A stretch of 64,000 bases of DNA from Squalus acanthias (taxonomy: Eukaryota): NCBI GenBank assembly GCA_030390025.1, contig CM059438.1:62684001-62748000 (forward strand), given 5' to 3'. Below the pieces are notes generated by a model. It worked only from the letters and a program-made list of their open reading frames with translations, had not been told where the DNA came from and ran no database searches. The translations under genes and the position numbers were made by a program. Each line of letters starts with the position of its first letter. The first letter of the stretch is position 1. Shown here in pieces: positions 1 through 12,292 of the stretch.

Positions 1-190
1 CCCTCTCCCTGCCCCTACACTTGCTTAAAAACCTGTTCCATCTCCAGCTTTTTCCAGTTCTGACAAAGGGTCATCGACCTGAAACGTTAACTCTGTTTCT
101 CTCTCCACGGATGCTGCCTGACCTGCTGAGTATTTCCAGCATTTTCTGTTTTTGTTTCAGATTTCCAGCATCCGCAGTATTTTGCTTTTG
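1..190 (+). mobile_element. Penelope-like element (family B) 3' end / pseudo-LTR fragment with mutated hammerhead core
   Basis: agttCTGACAAagggtcatcgacctGAAAcgttaact followed by ...gatgctgcctgacctgctgagtatttccagc...; same sequence abuts a GIY-YIG C-terminus at 8011-8514. A further copy lies at about 503-610. Confidence 0.75.
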
Positions 191-1129
191 TAAGATAGGT
201 ACAGTCCTGTCCTGTGAGCCTGCTTATCCTATCCATCTAAAATAACACAACCAAACTACATTTCAGTTCCCTAATATCAGCTCCATCACTAACATGCCTT
301 GGCCAGTTCTTGGGTACCCTCTGTTGTGGTAAGATTATAAGAACATAAGAAATAGATAGCAGCAAGGGTGGGCCATACAGCCCCTCAAGCCTGCTCCGCC
401 ATTCAATTCGAGGAGCGGTAGTCAGGCCAGTTTCTCTAGGCAGTGAGAAAGGGAAAGAACCGCTACGTTAAGAACATGATTTATATTATGTTTTATATAT
501 TAAGAGTTCTGATGAAAGGTCATCAACCTGAAACATTAACTCTGTTTCTCTCCCTCCACAGATGCTGCCTGACCCACTGAGTATTTCCAGCATTATCTGT
601 TTTTATTTATATTATGTATTTTAACACAGCAGTTGTGAACTGCTTATCTTTCACTACACAAGAAGCCAGCTAGGCTAAGCAACTAAAGTAAATATATCTG
701 CCGTGTTGCTGATATTATTCATTGTTCCTTTACTGTTTAATAAATTTCTTTGGTAGTTTTAAGTCAAAAAGTCTAGTGTGGTGTTACTCTGCCCCCTTCT
801 GGAAGCAGGGAGGATCACATGAAAGCACAGAATCAACTGAAGGAGGCTCTCCGTTCATTCCCTGAGCCCCAGAAAAATTACCTTGCTATCTGGGCCAGTG
901 AAAATACTCTTTTCAGGACGAAGGGAGAAATTTCCTTGAGGCTGCCACCGCTCTGCTGTCGTAACTCTGACGTAATTACTTCCGGTGAAGTTTCGGTGGG
1001 AGAGTGGGAGCAGATCTGAGGAACAAGCCAGCCAAAGGCTCCCCCTAAGAGAGTAGTCTGAACCACGACACTAAAAAATATCTGAAGTGAAAGAAAAGGG
1101 TAAAGAAACCCCACAAAAAGGCAACAGTT

Positions 1130-1500
1130 CCCTTGTTCGAACAGGTCACCACTGCATTAAGCTTTTATGCAACCAAATCCTTCTAAGCCACTACAGGGGA
1201 TGTAGGCCAAGCATGGCAGACTGGTGATACACCAACCAAGTGACAGGTGTCATGTTTGCAAAGGGCAGCGGCATCATCACTTACCCCGTGGAAAGGAGGT
1301 ATCGGCACAGCAGTGCACAGAACTTTTACTGGGCTCAGGGTCAGGGTTAGGGGTTGCCAACCCTCCAGGAATCGGAGATTAATCTCCAGGACACTGCTGC
1401 GAGTGTAGGGCATTAAACATGGCACCCATAGTGCTGGACCGCAGGACCATCATTGTTCAAATCAAGGCCAGATGTCCCGAAAACATCCCGTGGTGCCTTC
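1130..1500 (+). pseudogene. Decayed Harbinger transposase remnant (N-terminal part; C-terminal part probably at about 2420-2680)
   Basis: Translates QVTTALSFYATKSF*ATTGDVG...TNQVTGVMFAKGSGIITYP, parallel to KVTVALNFYATGSFQAAVGDLA...IRQVTNALFTRRRDFISFP of the intact transposase at 54387-55547; downstream CLLFNLAAQNG..QQEEEE parallels CMLHNMAI..PQEEEE. Confidence 0.6.
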
Positions 1501-1569
1501 ACGCTGTGGCAGTCCACTGTCCCTGGATTATTTGAAGGCCATGGGAGATCAGATCTGAAAAACCCCTGA

Positions 1570-2169
1570 ACAAAGAGTACAAAAGCCAGGAAGCTATGCT
1601 AAACCTTTATAAAATACTAGTTCGGCCCCAGCTGGAGTATTGAATCCAATTCTGGGCACCACACTTTAGGAAGGACGTGAAGGCTTTGGAGAGGGTGCAG
1701 AAGAGATTTACCAGAATGGTTCCAGGGATGAGGGATTACAGTTCTGTGGTTAGACTGGAGAAGCTGGGGTTGTTCTTCTTAGAGCAGAGAAGGCTAAAAG
1801 GAGATTTGATAGAGGTGTTTAAAATCAGAAAGGGTTTAGATAGAGTAAATAAAGAGAGACTGTTTCCAATGGCTGAAGGGTCGATAACCAGAGGGCACAG
1901 ATTTACGGTGATTGACAAAAGCAGCAGAGGCGACATGAGGAAAAACTTTTTTACGCAACGAGTGGTTAGGATTTGGAATGCGCTGCCTGATAGGGTGGTG
2001 GAAACAGATTCAATAGTAGCCTTCAAAAGGGAATTGGATAAATAGTTGAAGGAGAAAAAGTTGCAGGCGTACGGGGAAAAAGCAGGGGAGTGAGACTAAC
2101 TGGATTGCTCTTCGAACGAGCCGGCGCAGACTCGATGGGCCGAATGAGCTCCTTCCGTGCTGTACTATG
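1570..2169 (+). mobile_element. CR1 LINE 3' fragment (ORF2 C-terminus and 3' UTR)
   Basis: ORF 1677-2045 ALERVQKRFTRMVPG...RKNFFTQRVVRIWNALP is the typical CR1 ORF2 tail; ctatgatt-type tail resumes after the LTR at 2399. Confidence 0.9.
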
Positions 2170-2398
2170 TGACATGAATCTTGTCATTCATGTGGAAATG
2201 ACTTATGAAGTAATACTGGGCGGCCTGCTGGTGGCGCTGTCCAGGGAGAATATAAATACTCGGGCATGGACCCAGCTTGCTCAGGACATTCTTTAACAGG
2301 AACTAGTGAAGGACACAACTAGACCTCCAGGTTGTAAAACAGTTGATTAAAGCTTTGTTGAACGCTTAGACCAAGTGCCTAGTAGTTTTCTTACGTCA
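2170..2398 (+). mobile_element. Short solo LTR (229 bp)
   Basis: TGAC...GTCA termini, 5-bp TSD CTATG (2165-2169 / 2399-2403), TATAAATA at 2251, ATTAAA at 2346; second copy at 31025-31241. Confidence 0.85.
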
Positions 2399-3850
2399 CT
2401 ATGATTCTATGAATCTCTAACTGCAGCTGAAGTGTCTCAACCAGAATTATCGCTGAATAAATCATTGTATGCTCAAGCAATGAATCCGCTGCGCAGACCA
2501 ATCAAACCGGGTTCTTCTGAACAGCCCAGAAATGGTCTCCAAACTGCCCACTGCTTGTTGTTTAACCTTGCTGCGCAAAATGGAGTAACTGTGCAGCAGG
2601 AAGAAGAGGAGCCCCCCACCTCAAGCTTGCCAGCAGAGGAAGATGAGAAGGAGAGTAAAGAAGTGGAACAGGCAGATCTGTAGCCAAGAAGATAACGAAC
2701 ACCCTCTCCTCAAATGGGCTGCTTATGGTTGGGAGGTCCCCTGCCACGAGGGGGTTCACTCCCCATGGGATGTGCTTCCTCCTGAAAGCACACAACACAA
2801 CACATCCAGAGGTGAGAATTTGGAAGAACTGTGACCGTGCTACATCCCTCCCTGAGTGTGCCCATTCTCATGCAACACGCGTGTAGTTTCTGCCAGCACT
2901 GTTGGCTCGGAGATTTATGTCTGATCGTGCAAGCTATTTCAGTGCTCCATGCAACGTGTAACCGGTGGCCTTATTGCCACGAAGGCATGTGTGAGAACGT
3001 TGAGGTTATCTCCATGCTGCTTCCCTGAGAGTATACAGCACCAGGCCACAATTCCTGTTTCTGCTATACATGCTACAAACTGATGCACTTAGCTTGGCAT
3101 TCCTCCTGACGCTGGAAAAAAAAATTCTCTTGTACATTCGCTCCCAGGTTCCCATAGATCTGCGTCACTGTTTTCACTCTCTCAGTCACCTTCATCCAGG
3201 CATCCTGTGCCTTTGCTGTTCCAGGAATGTTCAGTCATTTAGCTCCAGTTTGCATCATCTCCTTCAGCAGGATATCCAGGGCTCCTTTGTCAAAAGGGGG
3301 AATTCACTGCTTTCAGACGTCCCTTTCAGCTGGCACTTCTCCAAAGTTTATACGACGGCGATAATATCTTGCATTCATTTAGTATCTTCGATGTAGATAC
3401 ATGACCTGAGGTGCTTCAGAGGCAGAAGGAAAAACGGATGCTGAGCCGAAGGAGCAAAGGTTAGAAGAGGTGACCAAACATTTAAGCGACAATCAGGGCT
3501 TCATGTAAACAAAAAGAAAGATGTTACCACTCGAAAATATTTCCTTTCCTTTCCACCTTTGAATGGCAAATGGAAGATCTTACAGAGCTTTTGAATCCGC
3601 GGATTTCCACCCCAGGCTGATTGCTTGCTCATGTCACTCATTTCCCACATGGAAGGAAGCCAATTAAAATTAGTAGAAGGGACTGGCCATGCAAAGTCCA
3701 ATGAAGCCAGCCCTCTGTGCTTTTGGCTCACACTGGCAGTGGCACCAATTTTAACAGGACCACAAAGTTGGGTGCGATGTCTTTGAATCTCATATCAGGT
3801 GTTCACTGTGGCTGGTCAACACTGCATTGAATTCTTCCACTGAAGGCAAT

Positions 3851-6800
3851 TTTTCCACAAGGTGAATGATCCACTATCGCTAGTTTTCCACAAGGTGGAT
3901 GATCCACTATCACTAGTTTTCCACAAGGTGGATGATCCACGATCGCTAGTTTTCCACAAGTTGAATGATCCACTATCGCTAGTTTTCCACAAGTTGAATG
4001 ATCCACTATCACTAGTTTTCCACAAGGTGGATGATCCACGATCGCTAGTTTTCTACAAGTTGAATGATCCACTATCACTAGTTTTCCACAAGGTGGATGA
4101 TCCACTATCGCTAGTTTTCCACAAGGCGGATGATCCACTATCACGAGTTTTCCACAAGGCGGATGATCCACTATCGCTAGTTATCCACAAGGCGAATGAT
4201 CCACTATCACTAGTTTTCCACAAGGCGGATGATCCACTATCACTAGTTTTCCACAAGGTGGATGATCCACTATCGCTAGTTTTCCACAAGGTGGATGATC
4301 CACTATCACTAGTTTTCCACAAGGCAGATGATCCACTATCACTAGTTTTCCACAAGGCGGATGATCCACTATCACTAGTTTTCCACAAGTTGGATGATCC
4401 ACTATCGCTAGTTTTCCACAAGTTGGATGATCCACTATCACTAGTTTTCCACAAGGTGAATGATCCACTATCACTAGTTTTCCACAAGGCGGATGATCCA
4501 CTATCACTAGTTTTCCACAAGGTGAATGATCCACTATCACTAGTTTTCCACAAGGCGCATGATCCACTATCACTAGTTTTCCACAAGGTGAATGATCCAC
4601 TATCACTAGTTTTCCACAAGGTGCATGATCCACTATCACTAGTTTTCCACAAGGTGGATGATCCACTATCACTAGTTTTCCACAAGGTGGATGATCCACT
4701 ATCGCTAGTTTTCCACAAGGTGGATGATCCACTATCACTAGTTTTCCACAAGGTGAATGATCCACTATCGCTAGTTTTCCACAGGGTGAATGATCCACTA
4801 TCGCTAGTTTTCCACAAGGTGGATGATCCACTATCGCTAGTTTTCCACAAGGTGGATGATCCACTATTGCTAGTTTTCCACAAGGAGGATGATCCACTAT
4901 CACTAGTTTTCCACAAGGTGGATGATCCACTATCACTAGTTTTCCACAAGGTGGATGATCCACTATCACTAGTTTTCCACAAGGTGGATGATCCACTATC
5001 ACTAGTTTTCCACAAGGTGGATGATCCACTATCACTAGTTTTCCACAAGGTGGATGATCCACTATCACTAGTTTTCCACAAGGTGAATGATCCACTATCG
5101 CTAGTTTTCCACAAGGTGAATGATCCACTATCACTAGTTTTCCACAAGTTGAATGATCCACTATCGCTAGTTTTCCACAAGTTGAATGATCCACTATCAC
5201 TAGTTTTCCACAAGGTGAATGATCCACTATCACTAGTTTTACACAAGGTGAATGATCCACTATCACTAGTTTTCCACAAGGTGGATGATCCACTATCACT
5301 AGTTTTCCACAACGTGGATGATCCACTATCACTAGTTTTCCACAAGGTGGATGATCCCCTATCACTAGTTTTCCACAAGGTAGATGATCCACTATCGCTA
5401 GTTTTCCACAAGGTGAATGATCCACTATCACTAGTTTTCCACAACGTGGATGATCCACTATCACTAGTTTTCCACAATGCGGATGATCCACTATCACTAG
5501 TTTTCCACAAGGTGAATGATCCACTATCGCTAGTTTTCCACAAGGTGAATGATCCACTATCACTAGTATTCCACAAGGTGCATGATCCACTATCGCTAGT
5601 TTTCCACTAGGTGGATGATCCACTATCACTAGTTTTCCACTAGGTGGATGATCCACTATCACTAGTTTTCCACAAGGTGAATGATCCACTATCACTAGTT
5701 TTCCACAATGTGAATGATCCACTATCACTAGTATTCCACAAGTTGGATGATCCACTATCACTAGTTTTCCACAAGGTGGATGATCCACCATCACTAGTTT
5801 TCCACAAGGTGAATGATCCACTATCACTAGTATTCCACAAGTTGGATGATCCACTATCGCTAGTTTTCCACAAGGTGGATGATCCACTATCACTAGTTTT
5901 CCACAAGGTGGATGATCCACTATCACTAGTTTTACACAAGGTGGATGATCCACTATCACTAGTTTTCCACAAGTAAGATGATCCACTATCGCTAGTTTTC
6001 CACAAGGCGGATGATCCACTATCACTAGTTTTCCACAAGGTGAATGATCCACTATCGCTAGTTTTCCACAAAGTGGATGATCCACTATCACTAGTTTTCC
6101 ACAAGGTGAATGATCCACTATCGCTAGTTTTCCACAAGGTGGATGATCCACTATCGCTAGTTTTCCACAAGTTGGATGATCCACGATCGCTAGTTTTCCA
6201 CAAGGTGGATGATCCACTATCACTAGTTTTCCACAAGTTGAATGATCCACTATCGCTAGTTTTCCACAAGGTGGATGATCCACTATCACTAGTTTTCCAC
6301 AAGGTGGATGATCCACTATCACTAGTTTTCCACAAGGTGAATGATCCACTATCGCTAGTTTTCCACAAGGCGGATGATCCACTATCACTAGTTTTCCACA
6401 AGGTGAATGATCCACTATCGCTAGTTTTCCACAAGGTGGATGATCCACTATCACTAGTTTTCCACAAGGTGGATGATCCACTATCACTAGTTTTCCACAA
6501 GTAAGATGATCCACTATCGCTAGTTTTCCACAAGGTGGATGATCCACTATCGCTAGTTTTACACAACGTGGATGATCCACTATCACTAGTTTTCCACAAG
6601 TAAGATGATCCACTATCGCTAGTTTTCCACAAGGTGAATGATCCACTATCACTAGTTTTCCACAAGGTGGATGATCCACTATCACTAGTTTTACACAAGG
6701 TGGATGATCCACTATCACTAGTTTTCCACAAGGTGGATGATCCACTATCGCTAGTTTTCCACAAGGTGGATGATCCACTATCACTAGTTTTCTACAAAGT

Positions 6801-7480
6801 GGATGATCCACTATCGCTAGTTTTCCACAAGGTGAATGATCCACTATCGCTAGTTTTCCACAAGGTGAATGATCCACTATCACTAGTTTTCCACAAGGTG
6901 AATGATCCACTATCACTAGTTTTCCACAAGGTGGATGATCCACTATCACTAGTTTTCCACAAGGTGGATGATCCACTATCACTAGTTTTCCACAAGGTGA
7001 ATGATCCACTATCGCTAGTTTTCCACAAGGTGAATGATCCACTATCGCTAGTTTTCCACAAGGTGAACGATCCACTATCGCTAGTTTTCCACAAGGTGAA
7101 TGATCCACTATCACTAGTTTTCCACAAGGTGAATGATCCACTATCACTAGTTATCCACAAGGTGAATGATCCACTATCACTAGTTTTCCACAAGGTGAAT
7201 GATCCACTATCACTAGTTTTGCACAAGGTGAATGATCCACTATCACTAGTTTTGCACAAGGTGAATGATCCACTATCACTAGTTTTCCACAAGGTGAATG
7301 ATCCACTATCACTAGTTTTCCACAAGGTGAATGATTCACTATCACTAGTTATCCACAAGGTGAATGATCCACTATCACTAGTTTTCCACAAGGTGGATGA
7401 TCCACGATCGCTAGTTTTCCACAAGGTGAATGATCCACTATCACTAGTTTTCCACAAGGCGAATGATCCACTATCGCTAG
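3851..7480. repeat. 33-bp minisatellite, 110 units
   Basis: Unit TTTTCCACAAGGTGGATGATCCACTATCACTAG; 3630 bp = exactly 110 x 33; variation is by substitutions at a few positions. Confidence 0.98.
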
Positions 7481-8010
7481 TTTTTCACTCGGTCAAAGCT
7501 AAAGTCTATCCTTTCCTCTCTAACGCTATATTTATGAAAAGTAAATAATGCTAACCTTTGGAGCCTATCCTCATAATTAAGAGCTCTCAGAAACTGTTTC
7601 CTGATGCTTTGTTGGAATTCCATAATAACCACCATCACCTCTCAGTGATCATAAATGACATCCTGTATAACCCTTTTGAACAACTTCCCTACTACCAAAC
7701 TGTTGTTCAGGGTCTACTTTCTTTCCTTTTTAAAATAATAGGAACGCATGAGCCACCCTCCAATCCACAGGAACCAACCCAACCTCAACGAGCTACTGAA
7801 TACATGTGACCTCCCTCTCTTTCCCTGGGTTCTCTGAGGTAAATGGCATCAGATCCTACAGTGCTATCAGTGTTCAATGTATTAATCTTGGCTATAGTCA
7901 TTTCTACAGTCACTTCTCTTGAACCAGTTTAGCTACAGAGCCATCCTGTAATACTGGGAAAGTGGCATCATCTTCAGAAGTGAACACGGATGCAAAGTAT
8001 CTATTTAGCT

Positions 8011-8514
8011 TAATAACAACAGAAAACGCTGGAAAACTCAGCAGGCCAGGCAGCATCGGTGGAGAGAGAAACACAGTTAACGTTTCAGGTCGAAGACCTT
8101 TCGTCAGAACTGGAAAAAAGCAGGAAATGAAATAGATTTCAAAGCAAGTATAGGGTTGGGAAAAGGGGGAGGGGATGAAAGAACAAAAGGGAAGGTCAGT
8201 GATAGGACAGAAAGCAGGAGAGATTAAGAGACATTGAGAGACATTAAGAGATATTCAAGGCAAGAGGAGGTGGTAATGGGACAGGTGGAGGAACAAAGGA
8301 TGGCTCTGGATGAAGAGTGAAATGCGCTGGCAGAATGAAGGACAGCTGCCAGCTTCTGGGAGGGAAGAAAAAAAAGGCCAAACAAAAGGGTGGATAAAAA
8401 AATAAAATAAAAATATATCTCTGTGATGGGGGCCGGGGTTATGATCTGAAATAGTTGAACTCTATGTTGAGTCCAGAGGGCTGTAGAGTGCCTAAACGAA
8501 AGATGAGGTGCTGT
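8011..8514 (-). mobile_element. Penelope-like element (family B) 3' fragment
   Basis: Minus strand 8513-8439 encodes QHLIFRLGTLQPSGLNIEFNYFRS*, a GIY-YIG endonuclease C-terminus (GLN motif), followed by 3' UTR and hammerhead-containing pseudo-LTR. Confidence 0.85.
8075..8111 (-). ncRNA. Minimal type I hammerhead ribozyme (PLE family B)
   Basis: AGTT-CTGACGA-AAGGTC ttc GACCT-GAAA-CG-TT-AACT: stem I AGTT/AACT, intact CUGANGA and GAAA boxes, stem II AGGTC/GACCT, palindromic minimal stem III, GUU cleavage triplet. Confidence 0.8.
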
Positions 8515-10059
8515 CTGCTCTGCCATTATCTTCATACCCAGCCTGCCCTGATAAATCCCCCAGGGTCAATGCAGTTCTTGATTGCACTCTGACTTCTAAC
8601 ATAACTGATGAGAGCCTCATCATCACTATTGTACTTGTGTCATGTCCTTTTTTTCCTAATCGAATCGAACATTCCTAGTACTGAGTTTAGTTATCCTACT
8701 GTTCTTTATACTTGTCCCTACCTTCCTGGCAATTATACGTTTTATACAGAGTGTTCTTTTTAAGGTTTATTTCTCTATGAGCCCCCCTGTTTAACCATTT
8801 AGGCTTCACTTTACCTTGACCTCTCCGTTTTTCCCCTTAGGTTATATAAGGATTCCTTGTCCATCAATATGGATTTCAAAATGATTGTTTTGTCTTCTGT
8901 ATCGCAGATACTCTTACACAACAGCACGCCCCAATGTACCTATCCCACCTTCTTCTCCATTAGTGAAAAATCAGCCACCCTGAAGTCGGGCACTAACCTT
9001 AAATTATTAGTAGCATTAAGTCACCTCAGCAACTGAAATCTAACTATACAGTCATCACTATAGAGAGTAGGCGAGTGGGGCAGCATTATGGTGGAGCTGT
9101 GATGGGAGGGGTCACAATTTGGGGTGGAACCTAATGTCTGCTGTATTTAAACTCCGAAGGAAATCCAGATCCAAGGTGAAGGGGAGCAGGTGATTCTTCT
9201 GCTCCACTTCAAGCCAACACTTTGGGGGGGGTTTGGGGCAACACCTGGACCTCCAGCAGAAGTGCCTCCTGATGAGTCCGGCAGGACCTATGTGTGTTGA
9301 GAGCAAGTGTAGGTCGCATTCTGGGCCCAGCGAAGGCCCCAACCGTGCAAAATGCAAACAGTAACTGATCCGAGATTGTGCTGAAAATAGCCGGGCATCC
9401 TCCGCTGCGCTGCTGCAGACACAGCAGCTGCCTCCATTACTGAAACGACTCCGCCCCTGGGATTTGGGGACAAAGTCACTGCCAGGTGCAAACGGAGGGG
9501 GGCGGGGGGACGTTCCACATCGCCGCACTTCCAGCAGCACAATGATGCCGCGGGATATCTGGGCTCAGATATTATGACCAATTCTTCGATCGGCGTTCAT
9601 GGTGAGGCGCTCACCGAAAATCACCTTCTTAGGAAATCGCAGGCTCATTGCCTCTGATTTTTCATCCGTTTAAATCCATGAACAGAGAAATCAGGAGCAG
9701 TGGACCTCAATTTCCCAGCTCGGTACTCCCTGCCAGTGCCACTCCTTGCTGGGAGCACTGGCCTGGGGAATAAGCTCTCCTCTGTGATACTCTCTCTAAA
9801 CATGTGAATAAGGAGCAGATCATTAAGTTAGTGTGGGCTGATTGCCATGGCGAGAAGGCGAGGATTTTGTAATTGAGAAACTAGCACATGGGGAGCCAGT
9901 GATGCTTGGAGAGGACCAAGGCGAAGGGTTATAGGATTGAATACAGAGGAGTAGATTTCTTCTGTGATCCAGCTCTTGGAGTGTGGTTTTTGATTTTCAC
10001 TGCAGTCCCACGGCAGCCTAAATGTGACAGAATTCACCCATAGATGTCACATGACCAAC

Positions 10060-10475
10060 TCGCTGGAGTATAGAAGAATGAGAGGGGATATCATCGAAAC
10101 ATATAAAATTCTGACAAGTCTGGACAAACTAGATGCAGGAAAAATGTTCCCGATGGTCGGAGAGTCCAGAACCAGGGGTCATAATCTAAGGATAAGGGGT
10201 AAGCCATTTAGGACAGAAATTAGGAAGAATTTCTTCACCCAGAGAGTGGTGAACCTGTGGAATTCTCTACCACAGAAGGTAGTTGAGGCCAAGTCATTAA
10301 ATATATTCAAGAATGAGTTAGATATATTTCTTAAAGCTAAAGGTATCAAGGGATCTGGGGAGAAGGCAGGTACAGGGTACTGAGTTTGGATGATCAGCCA
10401 TGATCTCATCGAATGGTGGAGCAGGCTCGAGGGGCCGAATGGCCTACTCCTGCTCCTATCTTCTATGCTTCTATG
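10060..10475 (+). mobile_element. CR1 LINE 3' fragment, same subfamily as the long copy at 48756-56907
   Basis: SLEYRRMRGD...FKNELDIFLKAKGIKGSGEKAGTGY is almost identical to the end of ORF 48864-51071. Confidence 0.9.
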
Positions 10476-10538
10476 TAAGGTTAAACCGTTTTACACCTTC
10501 CTGAAAGATACAAGCTTCAGAGGAATAATCTTTATAAT

Positions 10539-11303
10539 GGCCCAGAAATTCGGGTCCCCACGGGTGAGTACGCGCTGTGTACTCACCCGTAGGGCCACCA
10601 GAAGTGCCGGTTTCGCGCATGCACTGCACATGCACGGGAAACTGGAACTTCCGGTCTCGTGAAGGAAGGGGTTCGCGGGTCAACCGCGTGCGCGGGAGAG
10701 GCAGCGCGCACGCATCGAACTTCGGCTTTTTTTACAGGTTTCTCCGTGCGGGTAAGTCCCTCACAGCTGCGCGGGGAAAAAGCAGGCGCAAGGCCTGCTT
10801 TTAACAAGGTAAGTGGTGAATTAAGTAAAATTAAAACATTTTTTCCACAGGTTTATTATTTTTAAATACTTTAAAGAAAGGTAAGTTTATTTTTAGCCCC
10901 GTTAAAAACTGTAATAAATTTTTTCAAAAATTTAAATTATTGTTTAAAATAGTTATTTTATGTAATTTATAGTTATTTTAAAAATGTGATTTTAAAAAAA
11001 AAATGTATTTGAAGTTTTAGTTAGGTTTTGGGGCTGATCTCTATTCATAGATTTGACAGGTCTTCCTGTCAAATCTATGAATGGAGATTCCCTGCTCCGA
11101 TTGGCTCCCCATGGCCCACATGATCCTAGGGGACGCTTCGAACTAACTGCGCCGCTGGGATACGCAAGCACTACGCACCGGCAGCTGGAGGAGGCCCGGG
11201 ATCGGAATCCCACGCGGGCCCACAGCACAACGGCAGGCGCGCTATGTAAGTGCACCCGCTATGCTTGCACCCGTGAGAAGCCTCTGACCCGAATTTCTGG
11301 CCC
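10539..11303 (+). mobile_element. Harbinger-type MITE, family M1 copy 1 (765 bp)
   Basis: TIR GGCCCAGAAATTCGGGTC / GACCCGAATTTCTGGCCC; flanks AAT/ATT; GC-rich ends and AT-rich core; homologous to four other copies. Strand is an arbitrary reference orientation. Confidence 0.85.
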
Positions 11304-11309
11304 ATTATT

Positions 11310-11760
11310 GCCCCGGAATTTGCGGTAGTAATAACGGTGAGGCTGCCAGCGCTCACCGTTATTACTGGGTAAAACTGACTGCAGCTCCTGACGCCCGAAC
11401 ATGCGCGGTTAAAAGTGGATATCCAGAAGTTGCTGTCCGAGATACCCTGCTTCTCCACAGGGTGCGCTGTTGCAGTCTTCGCCAATGAAATCTGCACAGA
11501 AATCACTGTCATGGCGTGAACCTTGGCTAATTGCCCACTATTCTGGCTCTCAAGACCGATTAAAAACTTAAGCCTTGTTCCATCAGGAGTAACTGAGTTT
11601 TTAATGACGTACTAAGTCATAATTACTGCTGAACAACCTCTCTGAACCTGAACAATTACTTTTACAAGTGTGGAGTCTCATTCCCTCAGAAGAAAATTAA
11701 AATGTTGCAGATTTAAAAAAAAATTAAAATTAAGTTTTTTTTGCTATTTAAGTCTCTCTC
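11310..11760 (+). mobile_element. Partial Harbinger-type MITE (family M3 end)
   Basis: Begins GCCCCGGAATTTGCGGT like the TIR of 18430-20219; homologous to 63478-64000. Confidence 0.65.
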
Positions 11761-12292
11761 TTAATAAGAACATAAGAAATAGTAGCAGGAGTAGGCCATA
11801 CGGCCCCTCGAGCCTGCTGTGCCATTCAATAAGATCATGGCTGATCATCGACCTCAACTCCACTTTCCCGCCCGATCTCCATATCCCTTGATTCCCTTTA
11901 GAGTCCAAAAATCTATCTATCTCAGCCTTGAATATACTCAAAGACTCAGCATCCACAGCCTTCTGGGGCAGAGAATTCTAAAGATTCACAACCCTCTGAG
12001 CGAAGAAATTCCTCCTCATCTTGGTCTTAAATGGCCTACCCCTTATCCTGAGACTATGCCCCCTAGTTCGAGACACTCCAGCCAAGGGAAACAACCTCTC
12101 AGCATCTACCCTGTCAATCCACTTCAGAATCTTGTATGTTTCAATGAGATCACCTCTCATTCTTCTAAACTCCAGAGAGTATGGGCCCATTCTATACAAT
12201 CTCTCATCATAGGACAGCCCTCTTATCCCAGGAATCAATCTAGTGAACCTTCGTTGCACCACCTCCAAGGCAAGTATATCCTTCCTTATATA

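Larger units (their letters stand above)
7490..9000 (-). mobile_element. Old degenerate CR1 ORF2 fragment interrupted by a Penelope-like insertion
   Basis: Minus strand near 7970-8010 reads LNRYFASVFTSEDD, matching the LNAYFGSVFTKED / [12 protein letters not shown] motif of other CR1 copies in this window; boundaries approximate. Confidence 0.55.

Noticed and set aside
3851..7480. CRISPR array (33-bp partly palindromic repeat)
   Set aside because: Units are head-to-tail with no unique spacers, there are no cas genes, and the context is vertebrate.
3862..7548. Long ORFs (988, 582, 507 aa etc.) as real proteins
   Set aside because: They follow from a 33-bp unit lacking stops in three frames; there is no non-repetitive domain, and sporadic stops occur in each frame.
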